A DNA stretch of 64,000 nucleotides from Nitrospirales bacterium (GCA_965223295.1 CBDCWC010000002.1:320001-384000); one strand, 5' to 3'. Numbered from the stretch's first letter, positions 19,731-30,158 are shown. Made by a program: numbers and translations. Notes: generated by a model from the sequence alone, not told the origin.

Positions 19731-20609
19731 ATGGGGAACGTTATCCAAAAAACTCATAAGTCCCTGAAGGTCGAGATTGTGGGGAAGCAACCCAGGTCTG
19801 CGCCATTAGTAGAACAAGAGTCAATAACTATGGATAGAGCCGAAGAACAGCCGATGCAACCAAAGTTTTTGGTGCAAGATATGAACTTTTTTTATGGCGA
19901 CCATCAAGCCTTGTTCAAAATTAATTTGAATATTCCTGTTCATCAGGTGACGGCGTTTATTGGGCCGTCTGGTTGTGGAAAATCGACTTTGCTGCGCTGC
20001 CTTAATCGTTTGAATGATCTCGTAGATGGGAGTCGCGTGGTCGGTAATATTCTTTTGGATGGTCAAGATATCTATGACCCTTCTGTGGACGTCACCGATT
20101 TGCGAACCCAAGTTGGCATGGTGTTTCAAAAAGTGAATCCATTTCCGAAATCCATCTGGCAAAACGTGACGTATGGTCCACAATTGCGTGGCATCAAACG
20201 TAAATCCGATCTTGATGATATTGTGGAGAACAGCCTTAAGGGCGCTGGTTTATGGGATGAAGTCAAAGATCGGTTGCACCAAACAGCGTTAGGGTTATCT
20301 GGAGGCCAGCAGCAACGTTTATGTATTGCCCGTGCCCTTGCCGTTAATCCGGATGTCCTGTTGATGGATGAACCCTGCTCGGCTCTGGATCCCATTTCCA
20401 CTGCCAAAGTTGAAGAATTGTTACATTCCCTCAAAGAACAGCTGACGGTTGTGATTGTTACACATAATATGCAACAAGCAGCTCGAGTTTCTGACTTGAC
20501 GGGATTTTTTCTCATGGGTGAATTGGTTGAGATAGCTGAAACCAAAAAGATCTTTACGAAACCAACTGATCATCGAACCGAAGATTATGTCACCGGGCGA
20601 TTTGGATAA
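19731..20609 (+). CDS. pstB: Phosphate ABC transporter ATP-binding protein
   Basis: [32 protein letters not shown]; ends YVTGRFG. Confidence 0.96.
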   Translation: MGNVIQKTHKSLKVEIVGKQPRSAPLVEQESITMDRAEEQPMQPKFLVQDMNFFYGDHQALFKINLNIPVHQVTAFIGPSGCGKSTLLRCLNRLNDLVDGSRVVGNILLDGQDIYDPSVDVTDLRTQVGMVFQKVNPFPKSIWQNVTYGPQLRGIKRKSDLDDIVENSLKGAGLWDEVKDRLHQTALGLSGGQQQRLCIARALAVNPDVLLMDEPCSALDPISTAKVEELLHSLKEQLTVVIVTHNMQQAARVSDLTGFFLMGELVEIAETKKIFTKPTDHRTEDYVTGRFG

Positions 20610-20648
20610 ATTTCATGATGACCGTTGAGTATAGAGGGAACACAGACT

Positions 20649-21308
20649 ATGGTACGTCACTTTGATGAAGAGCTCTCGAGTCTCAAGCAGAAAATTTTAC
20701 GAATGGGCTCTTTAGTGGAAGATCAAATTCGGCAGGCGTTGAATGCTTTAGTTCGGCGTGATGATACCTTGGCAGAAGAAGTGATATCCAATGATCATCA
20801 AGTGAATGCGATGGATGTGGACGTCGATGAGGTTTGCCTAGAAATGCTGGCCTTACAGTCTCCTGCCGCAAGAGATCTTCGTTTTATTACGACGGCAATG
20901 AAAATTTCGACTGAATTAGAACGAATGAGTGACTTGGCGGAAAATATTTGTGAACGTGCGATCGAGCTGCACCAAGAGCCTCAGTTGAAACCTTATATTG
21001 ATATTCCATTAATGGCGGATCATGCCATAAAAATGGTGGGAGAAGCCTTGGATGCGTTTGTCCGTGGTGATTCAGGATTAGCGAGAAAAGTTCTCGATGA
21101 GGATGATTATATCGATGAACTCAATGAGCAAATTTTCCGGGAACTCTTATCGTTCATGATGGAAAATCCTCAAACGATTTCCCGTGCGATCCGTCTGTCT
21201 TTTATCTCGAAATATATTGAGCGCATTGCCGATCACGCCACCAACGTTGCCGAACTGGTCGTCTATATGGTGGAAGGCAAGATCATTCGACATATGACCT
21301 CTCCCTAA
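20649..21308 (+). CDS. phoU: Phosphate signalling protein PhoU
   Basis: ALQSPAARDLR, ELERMSDLAENI and IERIADHATNVAE motifs. Confidence 0.95.
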   Translation: MVRHFDEELSSLKQKILRMGSLVEDQIRQALNALVRRDDTLAEEVISNDHQVNAMDVDVDEVCLEMLALQSPAARDLRFITTAMKISTELERMSDLAENICERAIELHQEPQLKPYIDIPLMADHAIKMVGEALDAFVRGDSGLARKVLDEDDYIDELNEQIFRELLSFMMENPQTISRAIRLSFISKYIERIADHATNVAELVVYMVEGKIIRHMTSP

Positions 21309-21401
21309 GTCTTTCTTCTCTCCGAATTCGTTCCTTTTCCTAGCATCCAATCCAGGATAAGATAGAATGGATAGATAAACTCTTTCGATGAGTTATTGTC
21401 A

Positions 21402-22799
21402 ATGAAGCAACCCAATTCTCAGAAAATTTCCCAAAGTCGTGGTATCTCTGCCAGCGTGACACCGGATACGGCCATGAATATGTTGTCACAACAGGAAGTC
21501 GAGAAACTGCGTGAGACGAGTGAAGGCGGCCTTCATGAACTGTTTAGAAATAGTGCGTTGGCGGTTCTTACAAGTGGGAATGATACGGACGATACCAAGG
21601 CTTTTTTCTCTCGCTACGTTGATTTTGATATCGGTTTAGTCCAGCGGGATCGAGGCGTCAAGATTGAACTTACCAATGCGCCGGCCAGGGCGTTTGTGGA
21701 TGGAAAGTTGATTCAAGGGATTAAAGAGCATCTCTTTTCCGTCTTGCGTGACATTATTTATGTCCATAACGAAATTCAACACGATGAAAAATTTGATTTA
21801 ACGACCTCGTCTGGAATCACCAATGCCGTCTTTCATATTTTACGCAATGCTGACGTGATTCATTCTGTTGAGGATCCTCATCTTGTCGTATGCTGGGGAG
21901 GTCATTCAATTGGTGAGCGTGAATACCGGTATACGAAAGAAGTGGGACATCAACTAGGCTTGCGCGGCATGGATATTTGTACGGGCTGTGGGCCAGGGGC
22001 GATGAAGGGACCTATGAAGGGAGCGGCTCTAGCTCATGCCAAACAACGGATCAAAGACGGGCGGTATTTAGGGTTAACAGAGCCTGGCATTATTACCGCA
22101 GAAGCCCCGAATCCCATTGTGAATGAACTGGTTATCATGCCAGATATTGAGAAACGCCTCGAGGCGTTTCTTAGGGTTGGACATGGTTTCTTAGTATTTC
22201 CGGGAGGAGCTGGGACGTTGGAAGAAGTTCTTTATCTCTTAGGTATACTCCTTCACCCAGATAATGAAGAAATTCCTTTTCCCCTCATTTTTACAGGCCC
22301 AAAGGGGAGCGAAGACTATTTCGAGACGATTGATATGTTTGTGAAACAGACACTTGGGATCCAGGCTGCACAACGCTATCAAATTGTTATCGATGATCCT
22401 CAACGTGGTGCTAATGAGATGATGTCCGGCATTCAGCAAGTGCGGGAATTTCGTAGAAAAACCCACGACGCATTCTATTTCAATTGGCATCTAACGATTG
22501 ATCTTGAGTTTCAACAGCCATTTAGACCAACACATGAGTCAATGGAAAAGTTAGACTTACATCTTGACCAACCCATCCATATGTTGGCGGCCAATCTACG
22601 CCGAGCTTTTTCAGGTATAGTGGCCGGCCATGTCAAAACTCACGCGCTCAATGCCATTGAGCAACATGGGCCGTTCAATATTCATGGCGATCCGTCGATT
22701 ATGAAATTAATGGATGACCTTCTCCAATCTTTTGTGACTCAAGGTCGGATGAAAATTGACCAACACAACTTCCAGCCCTGCTACGAAATCATTGCCTAG
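21402..22799 (+). CDS. ppnN: Nucleotide 5'-monophosphate nucleosidase (PpnN/YgdH, LOG-like)
   Basis: VVCWGGHSI, CTGCGPGAMKGPMKGA, MPDIEKRLEAF, FPGGAGTLEE. Confidence 0.88.
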   Translation: MKQPNSQKISQSRGISASVTPDTAMNMLSQQEVEKLRETSEGGLHELFRNSALAVLTSGNDTDDTKAFFSRYVDFDIGLVQRDRGVKIELTNAPARAFVDGKLIQGIKEHLFSVLRDIIYVHNEIQHDEKFDLTTSSGITNAVFHILRNADVIHSVEDPHLVVCWGGHSIGEREYRYTKEVGHQLGLRGMDICTGCGPGAMKGPMKGAALAHAKQRIKDGRYLGLTEPGIITAEAPNPIVNELVIMPDIEKRLEAFLRVGHGFLVFPGGAGTLEEVLYLLGILLHPDNEEIPFPLIFTGPKGSEDYFETIDMFVKQTLGIQAAQRYQIVIDDPQRGANEMMSGIQQVREFRRKTHDAFYFNWHLTIDLEFQQPFRPTHESMEKLDLHLDQPIHMLAANLRRAFSGIVAGHVKTHALNAIEQHGPFNIHGDPSIMKLMDDLLQSFVTQGRMKIDQHNFQPCYEIIA

Positions 22800-22989
22800 A
22801 AGTTGAAAATTAACAATCGAGTCGTGAGAAGGACTCTGTTACGCAGTTTTCTTTGGATGTTCTAGAAAGCTTCTCAGAAACTTCTTGAAAAAGTTGCTTA
22901 TTTGAGATTCAGCGAAATTGTTAGTTGAGTAGAGACTTTTTTTAACCAACAGAAGAGTGATTTATCTGTCCACCGAGGATTACGAATGC

Positions 22990-24747
22990 ATGCCGAGCCA
23001 TTCTGATCTACGCCAGCTGCTCCGTCAGCTGGATGGACAGGGATATAAAGCCTATAAAAGTCTCGAAGGTTCGTATAACTTTGGGACATATACGCTCTAC
23101 ATTGATCATGTTCAGGGAGATCCGTTCGCTGAACCTTCAAAGGTTCGTGTTCGGATTGCTCATGATGTTTCAGGGTTTCCTGAAGATCTGTGGGCTAACA
23201 AAATTCGAGCTGTGGCTTTTCGGGATTATGTGGCCAGAGCGATACGCGCAGCTATCGCGGAGGTTGTGCGGGGCAACCGAGGAATTGGCAAAAGTGGGAT
23301 GGTTACTATTGATGCTGGAGGTCAGGAGGTCTTGGAACGAACGGCAGTGGTTTTGGGTGACAATTGGGTAGAAGCCCGCATGGAAATTGGGCTTCCTGCA
23401 CGAGGGCGGACGATTCTTGGTGAGCAGGCTGAAGCCATGTTGTCTGAGGAAATTCCGACCATTATTGATAGGGCATTACGATGGAAAGCAATTCCTGAGG
23501 CTCTGTGTCGGGACTTTGTCAATCAGGCAGAAAATTTCCATGCGATTCAATCGCAGTTAGCTTCCAAGAGACTCGTGGCGTTTGTGGCTGACGGGGCCAT
23601 GTTGCCTCGTGCTAGTGGCGCCTGGGATCTTCCGCTTGAGGCTGCTCAAGTGGCTAAATGGCATGCACCCGATTCGCTTTCTGTCTCTTTCCAGGTCCCT
23701 CATCCCGTCAATGGAGTAGCAAATTGCTCTACAAGGGTGAGGGGGCTGGGTGTTCCACAGGGTGTAACGCTGATTGTAGGGGGCGGCTATCATGGAAAAT
23801 CGACGTTACTGCAAGCCTTACAACGAGGGGTCTATCCGCATATCCCTTCTGACGGTAGGGAATTGGTGGTCATGGCTCCCAATGCAGTAAAAATTCGTGC
23901 GGAAGATGGACGGCGGGTAGAACAAGTCGATATCAGTGGTTTTATTCAACATCTTCCCAGGAAAGGGTCAACCACCACTTTTTCCACAAATGATGCGAGT
24001 GGGAGCACAAGCCAAGCCGCTAGCATTCTTGAAGCGTTGGAAGCGGGTGCTCAAGTTCTCTTGTTGGATGAAGATACCAGTGCCACGAACTTTATGGTTC
24101 GAGATGCGCGAATGCAAGCCTTGGTTCAGCGAAAGGATGAACCCATTACTCCCTTTCTTGATCGTGTGCGAGAATTGTATGAAACCTTTGGGGTGTCTAC
24201 GGTTCTGGTGATGGGTGGATGCGGTGATTATTTCGATGTGGCTGATCAGGTCATCAAGATGAATGAATTTTCTCCCGTGGATGTGACGAAAGAAGCCCGG
24301 AGTGTGGCTGTACAATATCCTTCAACACGGACACGGGAAGTGGGCGATTCGTTTTCCGCTAGTAAACCGCGAGTGCCTCAGCGCGAATCCATCAGTGCGG
24401 TCAAGGGCCGGCATCAAGCAAAAATCGTTGCATGGTCTCTCCATGAACTGGGTTTTGGGCAAGAGAATATAGATTTGATTGGTGTAGAACAGATTGTCGA
24501 TGTGAGTCAAACTCGCGCCATAGGGCAAGCCTTGCAGTTGGCGGCAAAGCGAATAATAAATGGAGTCAAGACCATTAAGGAAGTTCTTGAAGATGTTGAG
24601 AAGTTGTTCGATCAACAAGGGCTTGATGTTCTTTCACCATTTGCGATTGCCGAGCATCATCCGGGAAACTTCGCACGGCCAAGACGATTTGAAATGGCGG
24701 CAGCGTTAAATCGTCTTCGTACCGTTCACATGCAACAGAAGGATTAA
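22990..24747 (+). CDS. ABC-class ATPase-domain protein (COG3044-like)
   Basis: DHVQGDPFAEPS, Walker A GGGYHGKST, ASGSTSQAA, LLLDEDTSATNFM, RFEMAAALNRLR. Confidence 0.85.
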   Translation: MPSHSDLRQLLRQLDGQGYKAYKSLEGSYNFGTYTLYIDHVQGDPFAEPSKVRVRIAHDVSGFPEDLWANKIRAVAFRDYVARAIRAAIAEVVRGNRGIGKSGMVTIDAGGQEVLERTAVVLGDNWVEARMEIGLPARGRTILGEQAEAMLSEEIPTIIDRALRWKAIPEALCRDFVNQAENFHAIQSQLASKRLVAFVADGAMLPRASGAWDLPLEAAQVAKWHAPDSLSVSFQVPHPVNGVANCSTRVRGLGVPQGVTLIVGGGYHGKSTLLQALQRGVYPHIPSDGRELVVMAPNAVKIRAEDGRRVEQVDISGFIQHLPRKGSTTTFSTNDASGSTSQAASILEALEAGAQVLLLDEDTSATNFMVRDARMQALVQRKDEPITPFLDRVRELYETFGVSTVLVMGGCGDYFDVADQVIKMNEFSPVDVTKEARSVAVQYPSTRTREVGDSFSASKPRVPQRESISAVKGRHQAKIVAWSLHELGFGQENIDLIGVEQIVDVSQTRAIGQALQLAAKRIINGVKTIKEVLEDVEKLFDQQGLDVLSPFAIAEHHPGNFARPRRFEMAAALNRLRTVHMQQKD

Positions 24748-24780
24748 CTGTTCCTGTCAGGATATTCAAGCACACCATAC

Positions 24781-26064
24781 CTATAAGGTGACCCAGTCTT
24801 CCAGGAGGGCATCCATTTGAAATTCGATTTCCTCGGGAGGCAAGATTTTGACGATCTCAGGGCCCTGGCTTTCCGTTCCTAAGACAGAAAAATTAAAAGG
24901 TATAGGTTCTGAAAATGGTTGATGTGCTGAATTCTGAATCAACAATATGGTGGGATGAAGCAGATTTTCTTTGGAGTTTGCCGTGACGATGCCTCGCTCG
25001 CCAGTGCTGAGTTCGACAAAACTATAGGTCGGATAAATACCAATGAGATTAATAAAGTTGGTTGTTAACTCCGCATCAATGAGACCTTTCTTGGCCTGTT
25101 GATATAAGTTCTGAAGTGCGCTGCGGACGGTTTGTGGTTTTCCGTTTTTCTGACCGCTTAGCAGTTCATCATATTCATCGACCAAGCGTAGGATTCGGCT
25201 GGCCGGCTGAATAGTGGACGGATCAATATCTGTCGGGTAGCCGGATCCATCCAAAGCAACATGATGTTCGCGAATTAATTGCTGGACGCTTTCCGATAGC
25301 ATAGATTCTTGTATGAGTAAGTCCAGCCCACGTTGCGGATGAGTGTGGTAAAGCGCTAATTCTGATTCAGATAGTTGTTGAAAAGGTTTCTGGATCGTTT
25401 GAGGCATGTTCACGAGTCCCGCATCATGGAAGAGTCCAGCGGTTGCCAGATCTTGGCATGCGGATTCTTCTAACCCCACCGCTCGTCCTAACAACACGGA
25501 TAGGGTGCTGACCGCTAATGCATGATCATACAAGGCTGGGGAAAACTCCCTTGTGCGGATGAGGGAAATCGCAGCTTCTTCATGGTCAAGTGTGTTGGCC
25601 ATGATGGAGTGAGTGATGTCATTCACTTTCTCAACCGCGACTCCTCCCGTTTTCGAAAGAGTTTCAAGAATATCCTGAACGCCTTCCAACATGTGCTGGT
25701 GATTTTCTTTAATTTTGTGGAGTTCTCCTCCGAGAGATTTCCCTTGCACGGCATGAGGGAGATTCTCTATTCGTTCGATTTCAGTCTGTAGGGAATTTTC
25801 TGGTAGTTCTTGATGTGACTCAAGAGTAGAAGATTCAAGTACTTCGGGTTGAGGTTCAGTTTCTGAACCTGTGATCTCATCTAACCCCCGGTCCGTATCA
25901 ATGGTGATTTCTTTGATTCCGCATTGATGCAATTTGGTCAGGTCTGAAGATGATCGAATGAGAAACCGGTGCCGAAGGAACGGAGTGTCTAACCAGGAAC
26001 AGTCAATCCCACAGAGATACATGCCCACTTTGGCTGATGAAATTGGAATGGTTTTCTTTGCCAT
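24781..26064 (-). CDS. HD-GYP domain protein with a DUF3391-like N-terminus
   Basis: VGMYL...SWLDTPF N-domain; FHDAG; HHVALDGSGYP; GIYP...VELSTGERGIV C-terminal segment. Confidence 0.85.
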   Translation of the reverse strand: MAKKTIPISSAKVGMYLCGIDCSWLDTPFLRHRFLIRSSSDLTKLHQCGIKEITIDTDRGLDEITGSETEPQPEVLESSTLESHQELPENSLQTEIERIENLPHAVQGKSLGGELHKIKENHQHMLEGVQDILETLSKTGGVAVEKVNDITHSIMANTLDHEEAAISLIRTREFSPALYDHALAVSTLSVLLGRAVGLEESACQDLATAGLFHDAGLVNMPQTIQKPFQQLSESELALYHTHPQRGLDLLIQESMLSESVQQLIREHHVALDGSGYPTDIDPSTIQPASRILRLVDEYDELLSGQKNGKPQTVRSALQNLYQQAKKGLIDAELTTNFINLIGIYPTYSFVELSTGERGIVTANSKENLLHPTILLIQNSAHQPFSEPIPFNFSVLGTESQGPEIVKILPPEEIEFQMDALLEDWVTL

Positions 26065-26134
26065 ATTGGTCGAATCCTACTAGTTTGTAGAATGATAGGG
26101 CGTGTTTTCTGAATGTTCTTGCACCCTATTTCCA

Positions 26135-26162
26135 TTATCGGATTGAGCTTTGGGGTTCTTTA
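26135..26162 (-). promoter_or_regulatory. Putative sigma-28 (FliA) promoter for the HD-GYP gene
   Basis: Minus strand TAAA-N16-TCCGATAA, ~70 bp upstream of the ATG. Confidence 0.5.
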
Positions 26163-26326
26163 TTAAGGATGTGCAGTCAAGGCAAAAGATTGAGTGAGTA
26201 GGATTGTCAAACCTGTTTGGTATTTTTATGGAGTGAGGGCCATGCGGAAAAATTTTTCTTGAGAAAGGAGCCTGTTCACCGTGGACTTACAATAAGGCAT
26301 CGCAAACAAAGGAAAATCGCTCAGAG

Positions 26327-26388
26327 CCTCCTAAGACTTAAGTTCACTATTTCGGCAGCCGAAAGGGAACTAAAAGTCATTATGGAGG
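26327..26388 (+). promoter_or_regulatory. Long 5'-UTR hairpin whose base pairs the Shine-Dalgarno of the Lon_C gene
   Basis: CCTCC/GGAGG, GACTT/AAGTC, AGTTC/GAACT and TTTCGG/CCGAAA paired segments; GGAGG lies 6 nt before ATG 26395. Confidence 0.5.
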
Positions 26389-26394
26389 ACTGCG

Positions 26395-27195
26395 ATGGTT
26401 GGACTTCCGGCATGGTTCTGCAAACCGTTCCTTCGGGCTTCAGTTCGTTCAACAGCGTCTTCCCCATCTAGCTGGATCGTCCCTGTTCATTTTTTCGTGC
26501 TGTCTTTTGTCTTTTCGGGCTTCTTCGGCGTGGTTTCCATCGGGATGCCCTTGAAAGTTGAGGCGGCTCCTGAAGTTTCTTCACCGTTAAAGCATGTTCG
26601 AACGGTGATTCCTATTCTCGGAACGACCATGAACGAACAAGCTGAACCAGTTGGGATTGTTGCCGAAATTGAACTAGAATTTCTTGAGCGTCGAGACCAT
26701 GACGGTTTGGATGTGCAATTTCAGACGACGCCTGGAAATTTTTCTCCTTACGCTCAACAGTCGGTCATTCAAGCGTTGCATCGGGTGGTAGAAGCGGCCG
26801 CCTTGAATCCGGATTCTTGGACCATTCGTTTCCGGTTGCCGTATCCAGGTGTGACATTATATGGTGAAAGCTTATCCGCTATGGCGGCACTGAATATTGT
26901 GGCTCTTGCCAAGAATGAGCCGGTGGACGAAGAGACTGTGTTGACAGGGACTGTGACAGCTGATGGACATGTCGGGACCGTAGGCGGAGTTCCATTGAAA
27001 ATTTTAGCTGCGCATGAACAACATTATCGCAAAGTCTTGATTCCTGAAGAACCTGATGTTGCTGATGATGATTGGGAAACCCCTTTCCTGATGGAAGTCC
27101 GGCCTGTTGGCTCCATTAGCAAAGCGTATTTGGCTTTGACCAATCGACCGCTTCGGAAATCCAAACAATCCTTGACGGCAGGGTTAACTCCTTAA
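26395..27195 (+). CDS. Lon protease C-terminal (S16) domain protein, membrane-anchored or exported, no AAA domain
   Basis: GESLSAMAAL (catalytic Ser position), LTGTV, VGGVPLKILAA (Lys), KVLIP; N-terminal hydrophobic stretch. Confidence 0.75.
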   Translation: MVGLPAWFCKPFLRASVRSTASSPSSWIVPVHFFVLSFVFSGFFGVVSIGMPLKVEAAPEVSSPLKHVRTVIPILGTTMNEQAEPVGIVAEIELEFLERRDHDGLDVQFQTTPGNFSPYAQQSVIQALHRVVEAAALNPDSWTIRFRLPYPGVTLYGESLSAMAALNIVALAKNEPVDEETVLTGTVTADGHVGTVGGVPLKILAAHEQHYRKVLIPEEPDVADDDWETPFLMEVRPVGSISKAYLALTNRPLRKSKQSLTAGLTP

Positions 27196-27300
27196 GACCA
27201 CCCCTTTCTTTCAAGCAACCATTTCAGACATCATTGTTTTTTTGATGAATGTTCAGAGGTCGATGGCTTGAGTTGCAGTATCGTCTCTAGGAAATAACAA

Positions 27301-27942
27301 TTGATGAAGTCTGAACGTCGGCTCTGTTTAGCCGTTGATATTGATAATGTCCTAGCAAGAGCTGAACCGGAAGTGCAGCGTCTGTTCCAGGAATTGACCG
27401 GAACCATCTGGCCATTTGGGACGTATGGCAGCGCCGGAGGTTTGGATGCCAGTGAAATAGAGCAGACGCTTCTTGAGGAAATTTTTGACCGTTTTCATGA
27501 AACATCCATTCCTGGGTTACCGCTATTCCCAGGCGCAAGGCAGGTATTGCATGCAGTTCAGCCTGATTGTCGAATCATTATCGTCACGGCCAGGCGCCCC
27601 TATTCCCGTCCGCAAACCTTACAATGGCTGATGGACCATCATATCCCTTTCGAGGCTCTCTACCATACCGAGGAAAAAACGAAGATTCCTGAAACCATTA
27701 CTCACGCCATTGATGATCATCCGCATCATCTCGAATGCTATCAAGAGCTCGGGGCGAAGGTGTTTGTGATGGATCATCCCTGGAATCGTCACGTGACCGA
27801 TCCCCATATAGTTCGCGTGACAGGTTGGGATGCCTTCCAGCAGTGGTGGCATGTTCGGCATATAAAAAATTCCTGGCCAGATCGTGTACCAGAAGCTCCT
27901 ATGCCTCATCAATTGTGGAAACGATTGCCGGTTCCAGCCTAA
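27301..27942 (+). CDS. HAD-family phosphatase, 5'(3')-deoxyribonucleotidase-like
   Basis: VDIDNVL (DxD), IVTAR, IDDHP, HPWNR. Confidence 0.8.
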   Translation: MMKSERRLCLAVDIDNVLARAEPEVQRLFQELTGTIWPFGTYGSAGGLDASEIEQTLLEEIFDRFHETSIPGLPLFPGARQVLHAVQPDCRIIIVTARRPYSRPQTLQWLMDHHIPFEALYHTEEKTKIPETITHAIDDHPHHLECYQELGAKVFVMDHPWNRHVTDPHIVRVTGWDAFQQWWHVRHIKNSWPDRVPEAPMPHQLWKRLPVPA

Positions 27943-28096
27943 TGGTGCTGAATTTCTAATTTTCTGTCAGAAGTATTTCCTGCCAGCCAAGCAAGATTTT
28001 TTTAATTGAGACGATAAGGATCTCAAAGTAGAGCTTCCATTCTGCGTATCATTTGAAAGAATCATAAGGAAATATCGCCATTCTGTTGAGAATGTC

Positions 28097-28582
28097 ATGG
28101 TTTACCCTCCTATTCAAACCATATTGTTAGCTGAAGATAGTCCGAATGATTGTGAGGTCATACGGGAAGCCTGGGCAGAGTCTCCGGTCGGGGATCGACT
28201 GCGGGTAGTGAATACAGGAGCAGAACTGCTGGATTATTTAGGCCGACAAGGAGCCTTTGCTTCTCCAGAAGCTTCGCCTCGTCCTAGCGTAATTTTACTG
28301 GATTTAAATATGCCTCTTATGTCAGGTGCTGAAGTCTTGAAAGAAATGAAACAAGACACAAGTCTGGCCTCCATTCCTGTTGTGGTGTTGACCACATCGA
28401 AAGCGCCACGGGACATTGTTCAAACTGCTGGGTTAGGCGTCAATGGGTATATACAGAAACCCAATACCTATGGAGGCTATTTGACAATCTTCACCAATCT
28501 TCGAAAGCACTGGGGTGAAATTCTTGATCGTCCGTTTTCCAATGGAGGGTCCGATTGGAGTGGCAATCTAGCCTGGTGCTAG
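28097..28582 (+). CDS. Single-domain response regulator (Rcp1-like)
   Basis: LLAEDS, ILLDLNMP, IPVVVLTTS, YIQKP. Confidence 0.88.
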   Translation: MVYPPIQTILLAEDSPNDCEVIREAWAESPVGDRLRVVNTGAELLDYLGRQGAFASPEASPRPSVILLDLNMPLMSGAEVLKEMKQDTSLASIPVVVLTTSKAPRDIVQTAGLGVNGYIQKPNTYGGYLTIFTNLRKHWGEILDRPFSNGGSDWSGNLAWC

Positions 28583-28762
28583 ATTTCTTGATAGCGATTT
28601 ATCACGGCTGGTCCTTTTTCTTGACCGACATAAATCAAAATTTGAGTCCCATCGAATATGTGATGATTTAAGACACAATCGATCCCCAGATCAACCGACC
28701 TCCCAGAGCGTTGGCGAGGGTTTTTACTTATTGCTTTGAAAGTAAGTATTTTCATCCCTACC

Positions 28763-28789
28763 TAAAGTTCTCTCACCACGAACCGACAT
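28763..28789 (+). promoter_or_regulatory. Possible sigma-28 promoter
   Basis: TAAA-N15-ACCGACAT; partial match to TAAA-N15-GCCGATAA. Confidence 0.35.
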
Positions 28790-28880
28790 GATTCTATATA
28801 GACTGATGGGAGGGTGAAGAATTACGCACCGTTTGTGCTCACTGGGAGTGGAAGCGGGTCACCTGAAACGATTAGAAACC

Positions 28881-29927
28881 ATGAGGAAAATGAGAATGGT
28901 TATGAAAACACATTTTTTCTTAACGAGCACGGTGGTGGTGTTGGGAGTATCATTGTTCAGTACAAGTTATGCAGCCAATACTTCCGAATATTTGCATTTG
29001 ATCCGACATCGTGATTCCAGCGGCAATTTGCTGGTGGCACCGGCTCAACACCAGGCCAAACCATCAGTCATGCAAAAAACCGTGATGCCGGCACAGCCAA
29101 AGACCTTTGAGCGACGGAGCACCGATTGGGGAATGAGTCTTCAAGAAGTAAAAGAAAATGAACCCGTGCAGCCATCATGGGAATTGATGTCACCCGTGTT
29201 GGCCAATAGTGAACAGCGTGTTGGGTATCACACCAAGATTGAAGACATTCCTGCTGCCCTGACCTACTCCTTCTATGAAAACCATCTTGGTCAAGCCAAA
29301 TATGTTTTTGAGCCCGAGCATGAGGATGCGGCTGAATTTGTTGGGGATTTTCATGCTGTGAAAGATTGGATTACTCAAAGTTATGGCTCACCGACTCACG
29401 TTGAAGAGATTTGGTTGGACGATCTCTATCAATATGATGAAAGTCTGTGGGGTCAAGCCGTGCTGCGTGGGCATTTGGTGATGGTTGCTGAGTGGGAAAA
29501 ACCAGGAACCGATATTGTGCTCGTCTTAGATGGGGGAGATGATACCGTTGGATTAGTTGCAGATTTTGCGAGCACCACCGTTGTGCGCCCTGTCGTCTAT
29601 GATACATCGAGTCAGGAAGACAATATTGATGAAGCGGTCATGATGGAAGAAGGTACGATGGAAGAAGTCGTTCCCTCAGAGCCCATGCCTAAGCCAATGG
29701 TCGAAGATGCAGCAGCAGTTCCGAACATGGCGTCGGAACATGAGTTAACCGACACTCACACCGAACCGAGCCTGGATTCTCCAGCCTATGAAGATGAAAT
29801 ACGAGAATTAGAGGAAATAGAGTCCATGCTGATGGAGACCTCAGAAGGTCCATCCGTCGAAGATTCACTGCATGACCCGGTTCCATCGGTAGACTCTGAA
29901 GAGCATTCTCAAGCGCCTGCGATGTAA
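28881..29927 (+). CDS. Hypothetical exported protein with an acidic low-complexity C-terminal tail; start uncertain
   Basis: Signal peptide ending SYA; globular core (TDWGMSLQEVK...); Glu/Asp/Pro/Ser-rich tail. Confidence 0.7.
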   Translation: MRKMRMVMKTHFFLTSTVVVLGVSLFSTSYAANTSEYLHLIRHRDSSGNLLVAPAQHQAKPSVMQKTVMPAQPKTFERRSTDWGMSLQEVKENEPVQPSWELMSPVLANSEQRVGYHTKIEDIPAALTYSFYENHLGQAKYVFEPEHEDAAEFVGDFHAVKDWITQSYGSPTHVEEIWLDDLYQYDESLWGQAVLRGHLVMVAEWEKPGTDIVLVLDGGDDTVGLVADFASTTVVRPVVYDTSSQEDNIDEAVMMEEGTMEEVVPSEPMPKPMVEDAAAVPNMASEHELTDTHTEPSLDSPAYEDEIRELEEIESMLMETSEGPSVEDSLHDPVPSVDSEEHSQAPAM

Positions 29928-30158
29928 AGCAGATTAAGATCCTCACTATTAGAGTTAGAGATACGGCGGCTTTTCGAAAAATTTTCAAAGATTTCTGATT
30001 GCTATCTTCTTGAAAGGGGAGAAGTGACCTTCTTCCTTCATCATGCCCTTTCGATCCTCAGCAGTCTTCTCGCTTCCAGCGAATTTCTTCTTCCAAAGTA
30101 GAGCGGGTAATCAACCAATCAGGAAACACCTGGTGTGTTTCCGGTCTGTTGCTTCTCT

